Shown piece by piece: positions 44,056-53,435 of a DNA stretch of 64,000 bases; position 1 is the first letter of the stretch, and each line of letters begins with the position of its first letter. The notes below the pieces were generated by a model. It was not told the DNA's origin and made no database searches. It saw only the letters and a program-made list of their open reading frames with translations. The translations under genes were made by a program, and so were the position numbers. The DNA is from Vulcanimicrobiota bacterium (GTDB taxonomy: Bacteria > Vulcanimicrobiota > Vulcanimicrobiia > Vulcanimicrobiales > Vulcanimicrobiaceae): contig OY968762.1 of assembly GCA_963695225.1 (NCBI GenBank), forward strand, positions 96,001 to 160,000. The letters are read 5' to 3'.

Positions 44056-44567
44056 TGCGCGCACACTGCGGCGATCTCGCCGATCGAAGGAGCCGGGCCG
44101 CCGGGGATCTTCGCCGCGTCGTCCCAGCGGCGCAACGCGATCGCTTCGGCGAACCAGCGATGTTTCTCGAACGCCGCCGCCTCGCGCGCGTCCATCGGGC
44201 CGCCTTGGTGCTGGAGCGTCGTCCGCGAACGCGGGCTCAAGCGCGAATCGTGCCCTTCGGCGAAGACGAGATAGCGCTTCGCGTCGACGTGCGCGCGGAC
44301 GAGCCAGGTCGCGCGGTCGCTCGCGAAATACGCGACGAAGCGCGCCCCGGATTCTTCGTGCGGCAGATCCGGATACCGCCCGCGCACGAGGTCCGTGTAC
44401 CCGATATCGTGCAGCGCGGCGGCCAGCACGATGTCGCTCTCGGAGCCCGCCGCGAGCGCCGCGCCCGCGGTCTGCAACGCGTGCTCGAGCTGATCGACGG
44501 GCTCGCCGAGAAGCGGAACGTCCGCGAAGCTCGCGATGATCTCGTGCAACGCGTGTCGCGACATCAT
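44052..44567 (-). CDS. phnZ: PhnZ-like HD-domain protein
   Basis: EPVDQLEHALQ, AALHDIG, HEESG, HVDAKRYL, LSPRSRTTLQHQGGPM, LRRWDDAAK. Confidence 0.8.
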   Translation of the reverse strand: MMSRHALHEIIASFADVPLLGEPVDQLEHALQTAGAALAAGSESDIVLAAALHDIGYTDLVRGRYPDLPHEESGARFVAYFASDRATWLVRAHVDAKRYLVFAEGHDSRLSPRSRTTLQHQGGPMDAREAAAFEKHRWFAEAIALRRWDDAAKIPGGPAPSIGEIAAVCAQ

Positions 44568-45733
44568 GGTGCGAGGACCTCCTTCTCGAAAGGAACGCTG
44601 CGATCGAAGCCGAGCGCCGGCCGCCCGGCGGTCCAGGTTTGGCGCACGATCGGGTAGGCGTCGCGCCGTTCGATCGCCGCGAGATCGGCGCGCATCCCGG
44701 GCGCGATCTCGCCGCGATCGTGCAGCCCGGCGATGCGGGCCGGACCGCTCGTCACGAGCGCGAGCGCGCGGGGCAGAGCGCACGCTCCCTCGGCGGCGAG
44801 CGCGTACGCCGCGCCGAACATCGAGGGCGGATGATAATCCGAGGCGAGTGCGTCGAGCGTCCCGTTCGCGAGCGCCTCGCGCGCCGAGAGGTTCGTGACG
44901 TGCGAGCGCCCTCGCCGCGCGTTCGGCGCGCCCATCACGACGCCGAGGCCGCGCGCGATCGCAACCGCGGCAGCTTCCGCGTTGACGGGGAACTCGCTGA
45001 TCGCGACGCCGAGCCGCACTGCCCGCTCGATCGCGGCGGGGCTGTCGTCGTCGTGCGAGGCGAGGGCCGCGCCGTGCGCGGCGGCGAGCGCCGCGATCTG
45101 CTCGCGCATCGCTTCCGCGCGGCGTTGCCCGGCGCGCTTGGCATCGAGCCGCTGCTCCACGAACTCTTCGCTCGCGCCGGCGCGGCTATTGTAGAAGGCG
45201 CGCCAATCGGCTTCTTCGGGGTATTGGCCTTGGCCGGGCGTGTGGTCCATGTACGAAACGAGCGCGACCAGCCCGCCTTCCAGCATGCTGCGCATCAGGT
45301 CGCTCGAGTCGCGCGTCACGTCGACGCGCAGGTGGATCCGGTACTCGCTGCGCAGGGCGGGGCGGATGCGGCGCAGCGTCGCTTCCGTCTCGATCGCGCG
45401 CTCGTCATAGCGGTGCTTGGCCGCGTCGTCGTCGAGCGAGATGCACAGGTAGTTCGTCGTGATCCCGTGCGCGAGGACGAGCGCGTCCAAGTCGTAGAGC
45501 GCCGCCTCCAGCGGGATGTGCGCAGAGGGACGCGGGTGCGCGAGCGTTTCCAGGCAGTCCGAGTGGAGGTCGACGGCGCCGGGGACGAGATCGACCTCGC
45601 CGAGTTCGACGCGGCGCGCGCCGGGCGGCGGCGCGTCGCCGACGGCGGCGATCCGTTCCCCCTCGAGCGTGACCCACGCGTCCTCGAGGATGCGCTCGCC
45701 GGCGACGGCGCGGGCCGCGTGCAGCGCGATCAT
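44564..45733 (-). CDS. phnM: Alpha-D-ribose 1-methylphosphonate 5-triphosphate diphosphatase
   Basis: PGAVDLHSD, GITT, MDHTPGQGQY, ASHDDD, SEFP, MGAPN, LASDY. Confidence 0.93.
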   Translation of the reverse strand: MIALHAARAVAGERILEDAWVTLEGERIAAVGDAPPPGARRVELGEVDLVPGAVDLHSDCLETLAHPRPSAHIPLEAALYDLDALVLAHGITTNYLCISLDDDAAKHRYDERAIETEATLRRIRPALRSEYRIHLRVDVTRDSSDLMRSMLEGGLVALVSYMDHTPGQGQYPEEADWRAFYNSRAGASEEFVEQRLDAKRAGQRRAEAMREQIAALAAAHGAALASHDDDSPAAIERAVRLGVAISEFPVNAEAAAVAIARGLGVVMGAPNARRGRSHVTNLSAREALANGTLDALASDYHPPSMFGAAYALAAEGACALPRALALVTSGPARIAGLHDRGEIAPGMRADLAAIERRDAYPIVRQTWTAGRPALGFDRSVPFEKEVLAP

Positions 45734-46431
45734 GCCGCCGCCACCACGCCGGAGCGCATCGTAGCGACGCGGTCGACGAGACTCGGCAGCCCGGGGATCT
45801 CGTGCGAGACCGCGAGCATCGTTACGCCCGCGCGTTTGCGCTCGAGCAGGACGCGCAGGACGGCACGGCGCCGTTCCGGGTCGAGCGAGGCCGTCACTTC
45901 GTCGAGGAGGAGCAACGGGCGCGGGAGCGATAGCGCGAGCGCCACGTTGAGAATCTGCCGCTGCCCGCCGGAGAACGTCGCGGGCGGGACGTCGAACAAT
46001 TCGCGCGGCAGGCCCAGCGCCCCGAGCAGGTCGGCCGCCGCGTCTGCGTCGAGTCCGTTTTCGCGGAGGAGATCGATCGCCGCGACGCGCGGGACGACCG
46101 CGAGGAATTGCGTCGCCAGCCCGACGTGCGTGCGGCGTAGCGCGAGCATCGTCCGTTCGTCGACGGAGGCGAGATCGCGTTCGAGGCTGCCGGAACGCAG
46201 CACGATCGAGCCGGCGTCGGCGAGGCAGCTTCGGTAGATGCAGCGCAGCAACGAGCTCTTTCCCGAGCCGCTCGCGCCCTGCAAGAGCGTGAACGTCCCC
46301 GGATAGAGGACGAGGTCGACGCCCCGCAGCACGTCGAGCCGCTTTCCGTCGAAGAGATGCCGCGTGAAGCTCTTCCGCAAACCGGAGATCGTCAGCTTGA
46401 CGGGGGGCGATGCGAGGCACGTCGTGGTCAT
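45730..46431 (-). CDS. phnL: C-P lyase system ABC-type subunit PhnL
   Basis: KSFTRH, GASGSGKSSLLRCIY, QFLAVVPRV, PPATFSGGQRQ. Confidence 0.9.
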   Translation of the reverse strand: MTTTCLASPPVKLTISGLRKSFTRHLFDGKRLDVLRGVDLVLYPGTFTLLQGASGSGKSSLLRCIYRSCLADAGSIVLRSGSLERDLASVDERTMLALRRTHVGLATQFLAVVPRVAAIDLLRENGLDADAAADLLGALGLPRELFDVPPATFSGGQRQILNVALALSLPRPLLLLDEVTASLDPERRRAVLRVLLERKRAGVTMLAVSHEIPGLPSLVDRVATMRSGVVAAA

Positions 46432-47240
46432 ACGAGTTGCGCGCTCACGAGCAATTGCGAGTACGGGTGCTGCGGATCGCCGAGAACTTGGTCGGTGAGG
46501 CCGTGCTCGACGATGTGCCCGCGCCGCATGACGATGAGGCGGTCGGCGAGCATGCGGATCACGGCCAGGTCGTGCGAGACGACGACCATCGCAAGCCGGT
46601 GCTCGCGCTGGATGCGCCGGATCAGGTCGAGGATCTTCGCCTGCACGGAGACGTCGAGCCCCGACGTCGGTTCGTCGAGCAAGAGCGCGGCGGGCGCCGT
46701 CGCGAGCGCTTTCGCGAGTTGCACGCGCTGCCGCATCCCGCCGCTGAACGCGACGACGGGGACGTCGAAGCGGTCGGCCGGGAGCTCCATCGAAAGGTGC
46801 AAATCCCGCGCGTGCGCGCGCACGCTCTCGTACGAACGGGAACCGGCTCCGAGCATGCGTTCGGCGATGTTCCCGCCGGCGGTTACGTCGAATTGCAGGC
46901 CTTGCGCCGGCGTTTGATAGACGATCCCGAGCGCCTCGGCGCGCAGGCGGCGGCGCCGGGCGCCGCGGACGTCCGTCACGTCGACGCCCGCGAGTTCGAC
47001 CCGCCCCGACGTCGGCGCCATGTCGAGGTTCGCGCAGGCGAGGACGGTCGATTTCCCCGAACCGGACTCGCCGACGATTCCCAGCACTTCGCCCGGGTAG
47101 ACGTTGAAGCTCACGTCGCGGCATGCGTACACGGTCCCGCATGCCGCGCAGCGCGGCGGCGTCGCGAGCTCGCTCGCGCATGCGGCGCAGCCGTTGCCGT
47201 GCCGCACGGTGACGCGCTCGAGCGCGAGTGCCGGCGTCAC
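46428..47240 (-). CDS. phnK: C-P lyase system ABC-type subunit PhnK
   Basis: GESGSGKST, AGGNIAERM, FSGGMRQR, GLDVSVQA, GLTDQVLGDPQHPYSQLLVS. Confidence 0.93.
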   Translation of the reverse strand: MTPALALERVTVRHGNGCAACASELATPPRCAACGTVYACRDVSFNVYPGEVLGIVGESGSGKSTVLACANLDMAPTSGRVELAGVDVTDVRGARRRRLRAEALGIVYQTPAQGLQFDVTAGGNIAERMLGAGSRSYESVRAHARDLHLSMELPADRFDVPVVAFSGGMRQRVQLAKALATAPAALLLDEPTSGLDVSVQAKILDLIRRIQREHRLAMVVVSHDLAVIRMLADRLIVMRRGHIVEHGLTDQVLGDPQHPYSQLLVSAQLV

Positions 47241-48097
47241 GGCGCTTCCCGCCTGCGGCGGCAGCGATCGACGTCCGAGCAGACCAGGCGAGGCGATCCG
47301 GCCGCGTCTTCCTCCTGCAAGTAGGTCTCCGTCGCGCCGCACAGCGCGCACGGCCCGGAGAAGCGCTCGATCTCGAACGGCCGGTCGTCGAAGCGCAGCG
47401 GTGCGACCGCCGTGTAGGGCGGCACCGCGTAAACCTTCGCCTCGCGCCCCGCGCCGAAGAGCGAGAGGAACGGAGCTTCGTTCAGGCGCGGAATGTCGTG
47501 CCGCGGGATCGGCGTCGGCGCCATGATGTAACCGCCTTCGACTTCGACCGGATAACTGTGCGCGAACGACGGTTGACCGACGCGAGCCATGTCTTCGTAG
47601 AGATACAGCCAGATCGGCGCGTAATCGCGCTCGGCGTGCAGGCGCCGCGCCACGGAGTCCCGCGCGTCGACGACCCGCAGCGGGTCCGAGGTCGGGACTT
47701 GGAACACGACGATCTGCCCTTCGTGCAAGTCGTCTTCCGGGATGCGATGGCGCGTCTGGATGACCGTCGCCTCGCGCGCGTCGGTCGTCGTTGCGACGCC
47801 CGTCGTCTGCACGATGAGATCGCGCAGCGAGACGGCGTTCATGCTGTCGTCGCTCCCCTGATCGATGACCTTGAGCGTGTCGCCGGGTTCGACGATCGAG
47901 AGCGTGACTTGGAGCCCGCCGCTCCCCCAGCCGCGCGCGACCGGCATCTCGCGCGACGCGAACGGGACTTGATAGCCGGGGATGCAGACCGCCTTGAAAA
48001 GCGCGCGCCGGATCTCCCGCTTCGAGCTCTCGTCGAGATAGGCCCAGGCATAACCGCTCGAGCCGTGCTCGCGCGCGAGCTCCGCGAGACCGCTCAC
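47237..48097 (-). CDS. phnJ: Alpha-D-ribose 1-methylphosphonate 5-phosphate C-P lyase (radical SAM)
   Basis: AYLDESSKREIRRA, IPGYQVPFASREMP, KVIDQG, IQTRHRIPE, GAGRE, CxxC...CSDxxxC. Confidence 0.95.
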   Translation of the reverse strand: MSGLAELAREHGSSGYAWAYLDESSKREIRRALFKAVCIPGYQVPFASREMPVARGWGSGGLQVTLSIVEPGDTLKVIDQGSDDSMNAVSLRDLIVQTTGVATTTDAREATVIQTRHRIPEDDLHEGQIVVFQVPTSDPLRVVDARDSVARRLHAERDYAPIWLYLYEDMARVGQPSFAHSYPVEVEGGYIMAPTPIPRHDIPRLNEAPFLSLFGAGREAKVYAVPPYTAVAPLRFDDRPFEIERFSGPCALCGATETYLQEEDAAGSPRLVCSDVDRCRRRREAP

Positions 48098-49173
48098 GCC
48101 GGCTCCTCGGCGCCGGCTATCGCGCGGCTCGCGCGGACGCGATCGAGATCGGAGGTGAACGTGACGTAATGCGGCAGCTTGAGGTGTTCGACGAAGCCGG
48201 AGGCCTCTTGTCCGTCGAGAGCGATCGTGATGAACTCCTCGTCGTCGCAGGGGTTCCGCTCGCCGTCGGGATCGAGCGAGGCGCGCGCGCAGCCCGCGTC
48301 GAGCATCGCCGCCGCGATCGCCCGGCGCTCGACCCGTCCGGGCGTCGCGCCGAAGCCGAGCGTCAGACGCGCGTCGGCGCCGCCGTCGTCGTGCATGCGG
48401 TACAACACCACGTCGGCGAACGTCGCGGGGACCTCGCCGATCGTGAACTCTCCGCCCCCGGGCCGTTGCATCCGGATCGGAAGCATCCCCGAGCGGAAAT
48501 CGATCAACGTGGGATCTTGGCGATGCCCGTACCCACGAATCGCGGTGTACGCCAGCGCCGTCATCGAGCCGGTTTCGGCGCGCGCGAGGAACTGCAGCAG
48601 CGCCCCGCGGCCGCCGTCGGCCCGCTTGACCCGCGTGATGTCGCGCGGCTCCGCGCTCCGCTCGATCTCGATCAGGCCTTCGTCCTGCAGCGGGCCGATC
48701 GTCCCCGGAAATTCGGAGGGCACCGTTTCGTCCGAGCCTGCCGGCGAAACATCCGCCTTCCCGTTCGGCGTCGTGCGGGGCGGCTCGGCCCCGAGTTGCA
48801 GCAGCCGCTGCGCGTAGTCGAGCGAGGCTCCCAAGTATTGTCCGCCGGGCGGCTGCGAGAAGCCGGGCGTGATGCGGCGCAACGCTCGCAACTCGCTCGC
48901 CGCGACGCGCGCTTCGTGCAGGCGCGGCAAGGTCGCGGCCCACGCGCGGACGAGCGAGACCGCCCGCACGAGATCGCCTTGCGCTTGGCGCAACGCGCGC
49001 GCGCAGAGGACCGGTTCGACGACGCCCGCTTCCGCGACGACTTGGTCGACGAGGAGCGGATACCGCGCGAGGAACGTCGAGATCTCGTCGCCCGAGACGT
49101 CGCGCACTTCGCCCGCCAACTCGGCGGCGGCGACGACGGCGTCGGTGCGGTTCGCAACCGAAGTGTACCCCAT
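48094..49173 (-). CDS. phnI: C-P lyase complex subunit PhnI
   Basis: ALRQAQGDL, RAWAATLPR, RRITPGF..PPGGQYLG, EASGFVEHLKLPHYVTF. Confidence 0.93.
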   Translation of the reverse strand: MGYTSVANRTDAVVAAAELAGEVRDVSGDEISTFLARYPLLVDQVVAEAGVVEPVLCARALRQAQGDLVRAVSLVRAWAATLPRLHEARVAASELRALRRITPGFSQPPGGQYLGASLDYAQRLLQLGAEPPRTTPNGKADVSPAGSDETVPSEFPGTIGPLQDEGLIEIERSAEPRDITRVKRADGGRGALLQFLARAETGSMTALAYTAIRGYGHRQDPTLIDFRSGMLPIRMQRPGGGEFTIGEVPATFADVVLYRMHDDGGADARLTLGFGATPGRVERRAIAAAMLDAGCARASLDPDGERNPCDDEEFITIALDGQEASGFVEHLKLPHYVTFTSDLDRVRASRAIAGAEEPA

Positions 49174-49730
49174 CAGCCGCCGGTCCCGATGCGCGTCGTG
49201 CGCGGCAGCGCGCGGATCGTCCCGCGCGCATCGATGAAGACGATGTCGATGCCGGTCGGGAACTCCGCGCAGGCGCGCGCGCGAGCTTCGATCGCCGCGC
49301 GCGAGAGCGGGAGTGTAGCGCCGCGGGGGCCGTCGAGGCCCGGGCCATCGAGCGTGACGCGTTCTTCCGGCGCGCCGTCGACGGAGAGGGCGAAGATCGT
49401 CGCCCCGCCTTCGGGGGATTCGGCATGTCCGCGCTTAGCGGCCTCGATCACGCCGGGCTCGAGCTCGCCGCGCACCGCGAGGACGTGCGCCTCCTCGAGC
49501 GCGACCGCGTTCGGGAGCGGGAGCCGGATGGACGCATCGGACCATGCGGGCGTGCGCTCGTCGTAGACGGCCTCGACGAACAGCGCGAGCGCGGCATCGC
49601 CGCTCGCGCCGGCGGGATCGAGCGGTGATTCCGCGCGCGTCCCGGGAGCGGCCAGCGCGCCGAGCAGCGTGCGAAACGCGCGGTGCCTCAGCCGCACGCG
49701 CGCCGTCGTCTGTCCGGAGGAAATCGTCAT
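49173..49730 (-). CDS. phnH: C-P lyase complex subunit PhnH
   Basis: [37 protein letters not shown]. Confidence 0.88.
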   Translation of the reverse strand: MTISSGQTTARVRLRHRAFRTLLGALAAPGTRAESPLDPAGASGDAALALFVEAVYDERTPAWSDASIRLPLPNAVALEEAHVLAVRGELEPGVIEAAKRGHAESPEGGATIFALSVDGAPEERVTLDGPGLDGPRGATLPLSRAAIEARARACAEFPTGIDIVFIDARGTIRALPRTTRIGTGG

Positions 49731-49732
49731 CG

Positions 49733-50119
49733 TCAAACCTTCGTTCTCGCGATCCGGCGCGAGCGTGCCGTCCGGCTCTCTTCCTCGATCGAGAGCGAGC
49801 GTTGCGCGAGCTCGAGCGTCCGTTCGCAAGCGCGCGCATCACAGAGCGCCGCCGCGAGCGCGGCTTCGGCATCCCAGCCGAGGACGCAACCCCAGCCATC
49901 CCCGCCGCCGGCGCGCACGCGCGCCGTCGTGACGACGACCTCGGAGAAGTAGAACGAACCGACCGCCGTGCTCAGCCGGACGATGATCGAGCCGGCCGCG
50001 GGGGCGTCGAGGACCTCGACTGCCGCACCGCGCGCGAACTCGTCCGCGAGCGAGAGCAGCGCGTCGCGTTCGACGCGCGCCGCGGCGGCAAGGCCCTCCG
50101 AACGCAGTTCCGGGCTCAC
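49733..50119 (-). CDS. phnG: C-P lyase complex subunit PhnG
   Basis: FYFSEVVVTTARV, GWGCVLG, AALCDA, C-terminal TKV; operon position. Confidence 0.85.
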   Translation of the reverse strand: MSPELRSEGLAAAARVERDALLSLADEFARGAAVEVLDAPAAGSIIVRLSTAVGSFYFSEVVVTTARVRAGGGDGWGCVLGWDAEAALAAALCDARACERTLELAQRSLSIEEESRTARSRRIARTKV

Positions 50120-50850
50120 TCGGGCGCCCCCATCTCGAAGACGATGTTGAAGACGTCGGCGCGAAGCCACGACGTCGTCGTCTCGATCGGGCGGCCGAGT
50201 TTCTTCGACGAGGAGACGCCGGTGAGCTTGAGGACCATCGGGCGTCCCTCCTTTCCGAGGCGCTCCGCGATCGGCGCCGGTGCGAAGATGAACTCCGCTT
50301 GCGACCAGCTACGGACGGGAGCGAGGTCGAACGTGCGGGCCAGCGTCTCGTGCAGCGAGGCGTCGTGCTGCATCCGCTCCGCGAACATCGGAACGAGCTC
50401 GGGGACGAGCCAGGTGTCGGCGCATGCGGCGATCTCGTCGTCGACGAACCGTATGCGGGAAAGGAAGAGCGCGCGGCGGTTGGGGCCCAAGTGCAGCAGC
50501 GCCCGAATCGCGCGAGGCGGGTTGCGCAGCTGCAAACGAACGGTCTGCGAGCGCGGCGTCGCTCCGGAGGCGCGCACGCTTTCGCTCCAGCTCGGCGTAC
50601 GGTCCGGCCCGATGCGATAGGGGATGCGCCGCGAGACGAGCGTGCGCTTCCCCTGCGTGCGGTGGACGAGGTAGCGGCGCTCCAGCTCGTCGAGCGAGGC
50701 GCGCGCCGTGAGCCGGCTGACGCGATGCGTGCGCGCGAGCTCGTTCTCCGAGGGAAGCTCCGTGCCGGCGGGGCGCCGCGCGATCGCCGATTCGAGCTCG
50801 TCCGCAACTTGCAGGTAGATCGGGCCGGGCCGCGCGGAGCGCTTCTGCAT
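50116..50850 (-). CDS. phnF: GntR/HutC-family regulator PhnF
   Basis: LPSENELARTHRVSRLTAR...QGKRT HTH plus UTRA-like C-terminus, inside the phn operon. Confidence 0.88.
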   Translation of the reverse strand: MQKRSARPGPIYLQVADELESAIARRPAGTELPSENELARTHRVSRLTARASLDELERRYLVHRTQGKRTLVSRRIPYRIGPDRTPSWSESVRASGATPRSQTVRLQLRNPPRAIRALLHLGPNRRALFLSRIRFVDDEIAACADTWLVPELVPMFAERMQHDASLHETLARTFDLAPVRSWSQAEFIFAPAPIAERLGKEGRPMVLKLTGVSSSKKLGRPIETTTSWLRADVFNIVFEMGAPE

Positions 50851-51645
50851 TTAGTGGATTCTCCGCCGGAGATAGACGGCGAGCGCCTCGACGCCGACGA
50901 TCATCGCGCCCATGACGATCAGGAGCATCGTGAGTTGGCGGTACTGAAAGAGATTGAGCGCCGCTTCGATCTGCAAGCCGAGCCCGCCGCCCCCGACGAA
51001 CCCGAGGACGAGCGAGGAGCGAACGTTCGTGTCCATGCGATAGAGCGTGAGGCCGATGAGGGACGGCAACACCGTCGGGATGACCGCTTGACTCGCGACC
51101 TGCAGCCGGTTCGCGCCCATGACGGTCAACGCGTGGACGGGGCCCATGTCGACGTCCTCGATCGCTTCGGCATAGAGCCGCGCGAGGACGCCGGTCGAGT
51201 GAACGGCGAGACCGACCGTCGCGGCGAACGGCCCGAGCCCGACCGCCGTCACGAAGATCAGCGCCCAGACGACGTCCGGGATCGTGCGGCAGATGCTGAT
51301 GAAGCCGCGCGCGATCCCGTAGCCGGCGCGGCTCGGCGTGATGTTGTCGGCGGCGAGGAGCGCGAGCGGGAGCGAGACGACGGTCGATGCGGCCGTGCCG
51401 AGGATCGCGACGTCGAGCGTCACGAGGGACCCCCAGACCGCGTCTTTGACGATCTCGGCGTCGGGAGGCAAACCGCGTATGACGATCCCGAGGATGTTCG
51501 GAAACCCGCTGAAGAGGTCGCGCAGGTTGACCTCGACGACGAACCACGATTGCACGAGGATCGCGACGAGGACGAGCGCGATCGCGACCTTGGTCGCGAC
51601 CTGCGATGCGCGCGGCCGGGAGGCGCCCGTCGCCAGCGCCGTCAC
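50851..51645 (-). CDS. phnE: Phosphonate ABC permease
   Basis: LLAADNITP, RTIPDVVWALIFV, GLGP, EAIED, NVRSSLVLGFVGGGGLG. Confidence 0.92.
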   Translation of the reverse strand: MTALATGASRPRASQVATKVAIALVLVAILVQSWFVVEVNLRDLFSGFPNILGIVIRGLPPDAEIVKDAVWGSLVTLDVAILGTAASTVVSLPLALLAADNITPSRAGYGIARGFISICRTIPDVVWALIFVTAVGLGPFAATVGLAVHSTGVLARLYAEAIEDVDMGPVHALTVMGANRLQVASQAVIPTVLPSLIGLTLYRMDTNVRSSLVLGFVGGGGLGLQIEAALNLFQYRQLTMLLIVMGAMIVGVEALAVYLRRRIH

Positions 51646-52436
51646 GCCACGTCCGAGTGATACAGCGCGTTGAGATCGTTCAGGTGCACGTCGTCGTTGT
51701 GGGCGTCGAGGACGATCTTGCCGGCGCGCAGCCCGATGATGCGATCGGCATAGCGGCGCGCGAGATCGAGCTGATGCAAGACGACGACGACGGCCAAGCG
51801 CTCGCGATGGGCGAGCGCCGCTAGAAGTTGCATGATGTCGTTCGCCGCATCGGGATCGAGGCTTGCGACCGGCTCGTCGGCGAACAGGATGCTCGGGTCT
51901 TGAAACAGCGCTCGGGCGACTGCGACGCGCTGCGCTTGCCCTCCGGAGAGCGTGTCGACGCGCTGTTCGGCGACGGCGCTCATGCCGACGCGTTCGAGAT
52001 ACGGGAGCGCGCGCGCGATCTCGCTCTTCGGGAGGAACCCGAACCACGTCTGCATGCCGCGCTCTCGCCCGAGGCAGCCCGTTGCGACGTTGGCGAGCGA
52101 GCTGCGGCGCGGAACGAGATTCGCGCGCTGGAAGATCACGCCCATCCGGCGGCGCGCCGCGCGCAGGCGGGCACCGGATATCCCCGTCAAGTCCACGCCG
52201 TCGACGACCACCGACCCCGACGTGGGGTCGGTGAGCCGAACGACGCAACGGACGAGCGAGGTCTTTCCACTTCCGTTGGGACCGAGGATGACGGTCACGT
52301 GCCCCGGGTACGCGACGAGCGAGACGCCGTCGAGCGCGAGCGTTCCGTTAGGATAGCGCTTGCTCAACGCGCGAATCTGAAGGCGCGGAGACGAATCCGG
52401 TTCGGGAGTCGGCGCGTCCTCGGGGCTTGCGAGCAT
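51642..52436 (-). CDS. phnC: Phosphonate ABC ATP-binding protein
   Basis: YPNGTLAL, GPNGSGKT, LSGGQAQRVAVARAL, ADEPVASLDP, LHQLDLA. Confidence 0.92.
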   Translation of the reverse strand: MLASPEDAPTPEPDSSPRLQIRALSKRYPNGTLALDGVSLVAYPGHVTVILGPNGSGKTSLVRCVVRLTDPTSGSVVVDGVDLTGISGARLRAARRRMGVIFQRANLVPRRSSLANVATGCLGRERGMQTWFGFLPKSEIARALPYLERVGMSAVAEQRVDTLSGGQAQRVAVARALFQDPSILFADEPVASLDPDAANDIMQLLAALAHRERLAVVVVLHQLDLARRYADRIIGLRAGKIVLDAHNDDVHLNDLNALYHSDVA

Positions 52437-52448
52437 CGGTTCCCGTTC

Positions 52449-53354
52449 CTACTGCTTCGAGAGGTCGATGTTGAGCGTCGAGACGAGATCGCGGATCGGA
52501 TCGTAGAGCGAGTCGTTGATCGCGACGAACTTGTGGCCGTAGCCCGCGAGAACGTTCTTCGGATCGATGCCCGTGAGATCGAGCGCGAGGAACGCCGCGG
52601 CGACCTTGCTCTTGAACGCGGGCGACAGGTCTGAACGAACCGCGATCGGATCGTTCGCGATCGGCGCCGAGCGCCACAGCGTGAGATAGTCGTCCTTGTT
52701 GTATTCGCCGTTCTTCGTGACGGTCGCTTCGGTTTGGCTATTGAGCTCGCCGGCGTCGACCTTCTTGTTCTTGATCGCTTCGAATGATGCCGTGTGGCTG
52801 CCCGCGTACACGCCCTTGACGCCGGTGTCGGGATTGATGCCGGCCTTCTTGAAGGCGAACGCCGGAAGGAGATGGCCGGAGGTCGAGTCGGGATCGGAGT
52901 ATGCGAACGAATGTCCGGCGACTTGCGCGAGGGTCGTGATGCCGGAGGTCTTCGCCGTGACGATGCTCGCGGTGTACGTGATGGGCTGGCCCTTCGCATC
53001 GGCATAGCTGGCGAAGGCATCGGCCTTCGCGATCTGATGCGCGAGGACGTAACCTAGCGGGCCGAATTCGGCGATCTCGAGCTTGCCGGCGCGCATCGCT
53101 TCGATTTCGGCGTTGTAGCTCGTCGTGATGTAAACCTCGACCTTGCAGCCGAGCTTTTCTTCGAGCAACTTTCCGGCGGCTTGGAAGACCGGAAGCAGCA
53201 TCGGCGCGGATTCGAACGGCTCTACGCCGAACCGCACGGTCCCGCCGTTCGGACAATCGGCGTTTGCGGCGCGCGATGCCGTCGTCGAGCCGACGAACGC
53301 CACCGCCGCGAAGAGGAGTGAAGCCGCTACTGCGGCGGCCCGTTTGCGAAACAT
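52449..53354 (-). CDS. phnD: Phosphonate ABC substrate-binding protein
   Basis: Signal peptide, SYNAEIEAM, FGPLGY, DPDSTSGHL, GSH, VDAG, IANDP. Confidence 0.92.
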   Translation of the reverse strand: MFRKRAAAVAASLLFAAVAFVGSTTASRAANADCPNGGTVRFGVEPFESAPMLLPVFQAAGKLLEEKLGCKVEVYITTSYNAEIEAMRAGKLEIAEFGPLGYVLAHQIAKADAFASYADAKGQPITYTASIVTAKTSGITTLAQVAGHSFAYSDPDSTSGHLLPAFAFKKAGINPDTGVKGVYAGSHTASFEAIKNKKVDAGELNSQTEATVTKNGEYNKDDYLTLWRSAPIANDPIAVRSDLSPAFKSKVAAAFLALDLTGIDPKNVLAGYGHKFVAINDSLYDPIRDLVSTLNIDLSKQ

Positions 53355-53389
53355 ATGCTCCCTCTATCTCGAGAAGTTACAACTCAACG

Positions 53390-53435
53390 TTGTATAGATA
53401 AGAGGGTAGGCAGAAGGGAATTAACGGGGACTTAA
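53390..53435 (-). promoter_or_regulatory. Putative PhnF operator and Pho-box-like repeats upstream of phnD
   Basis: TTGTATAGATAA (53390-53401) resembles HutC/PhnF-family palindromes; TTAA cores at 53421 and 53432 are 11 nt apart. Confidence 0.55.
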
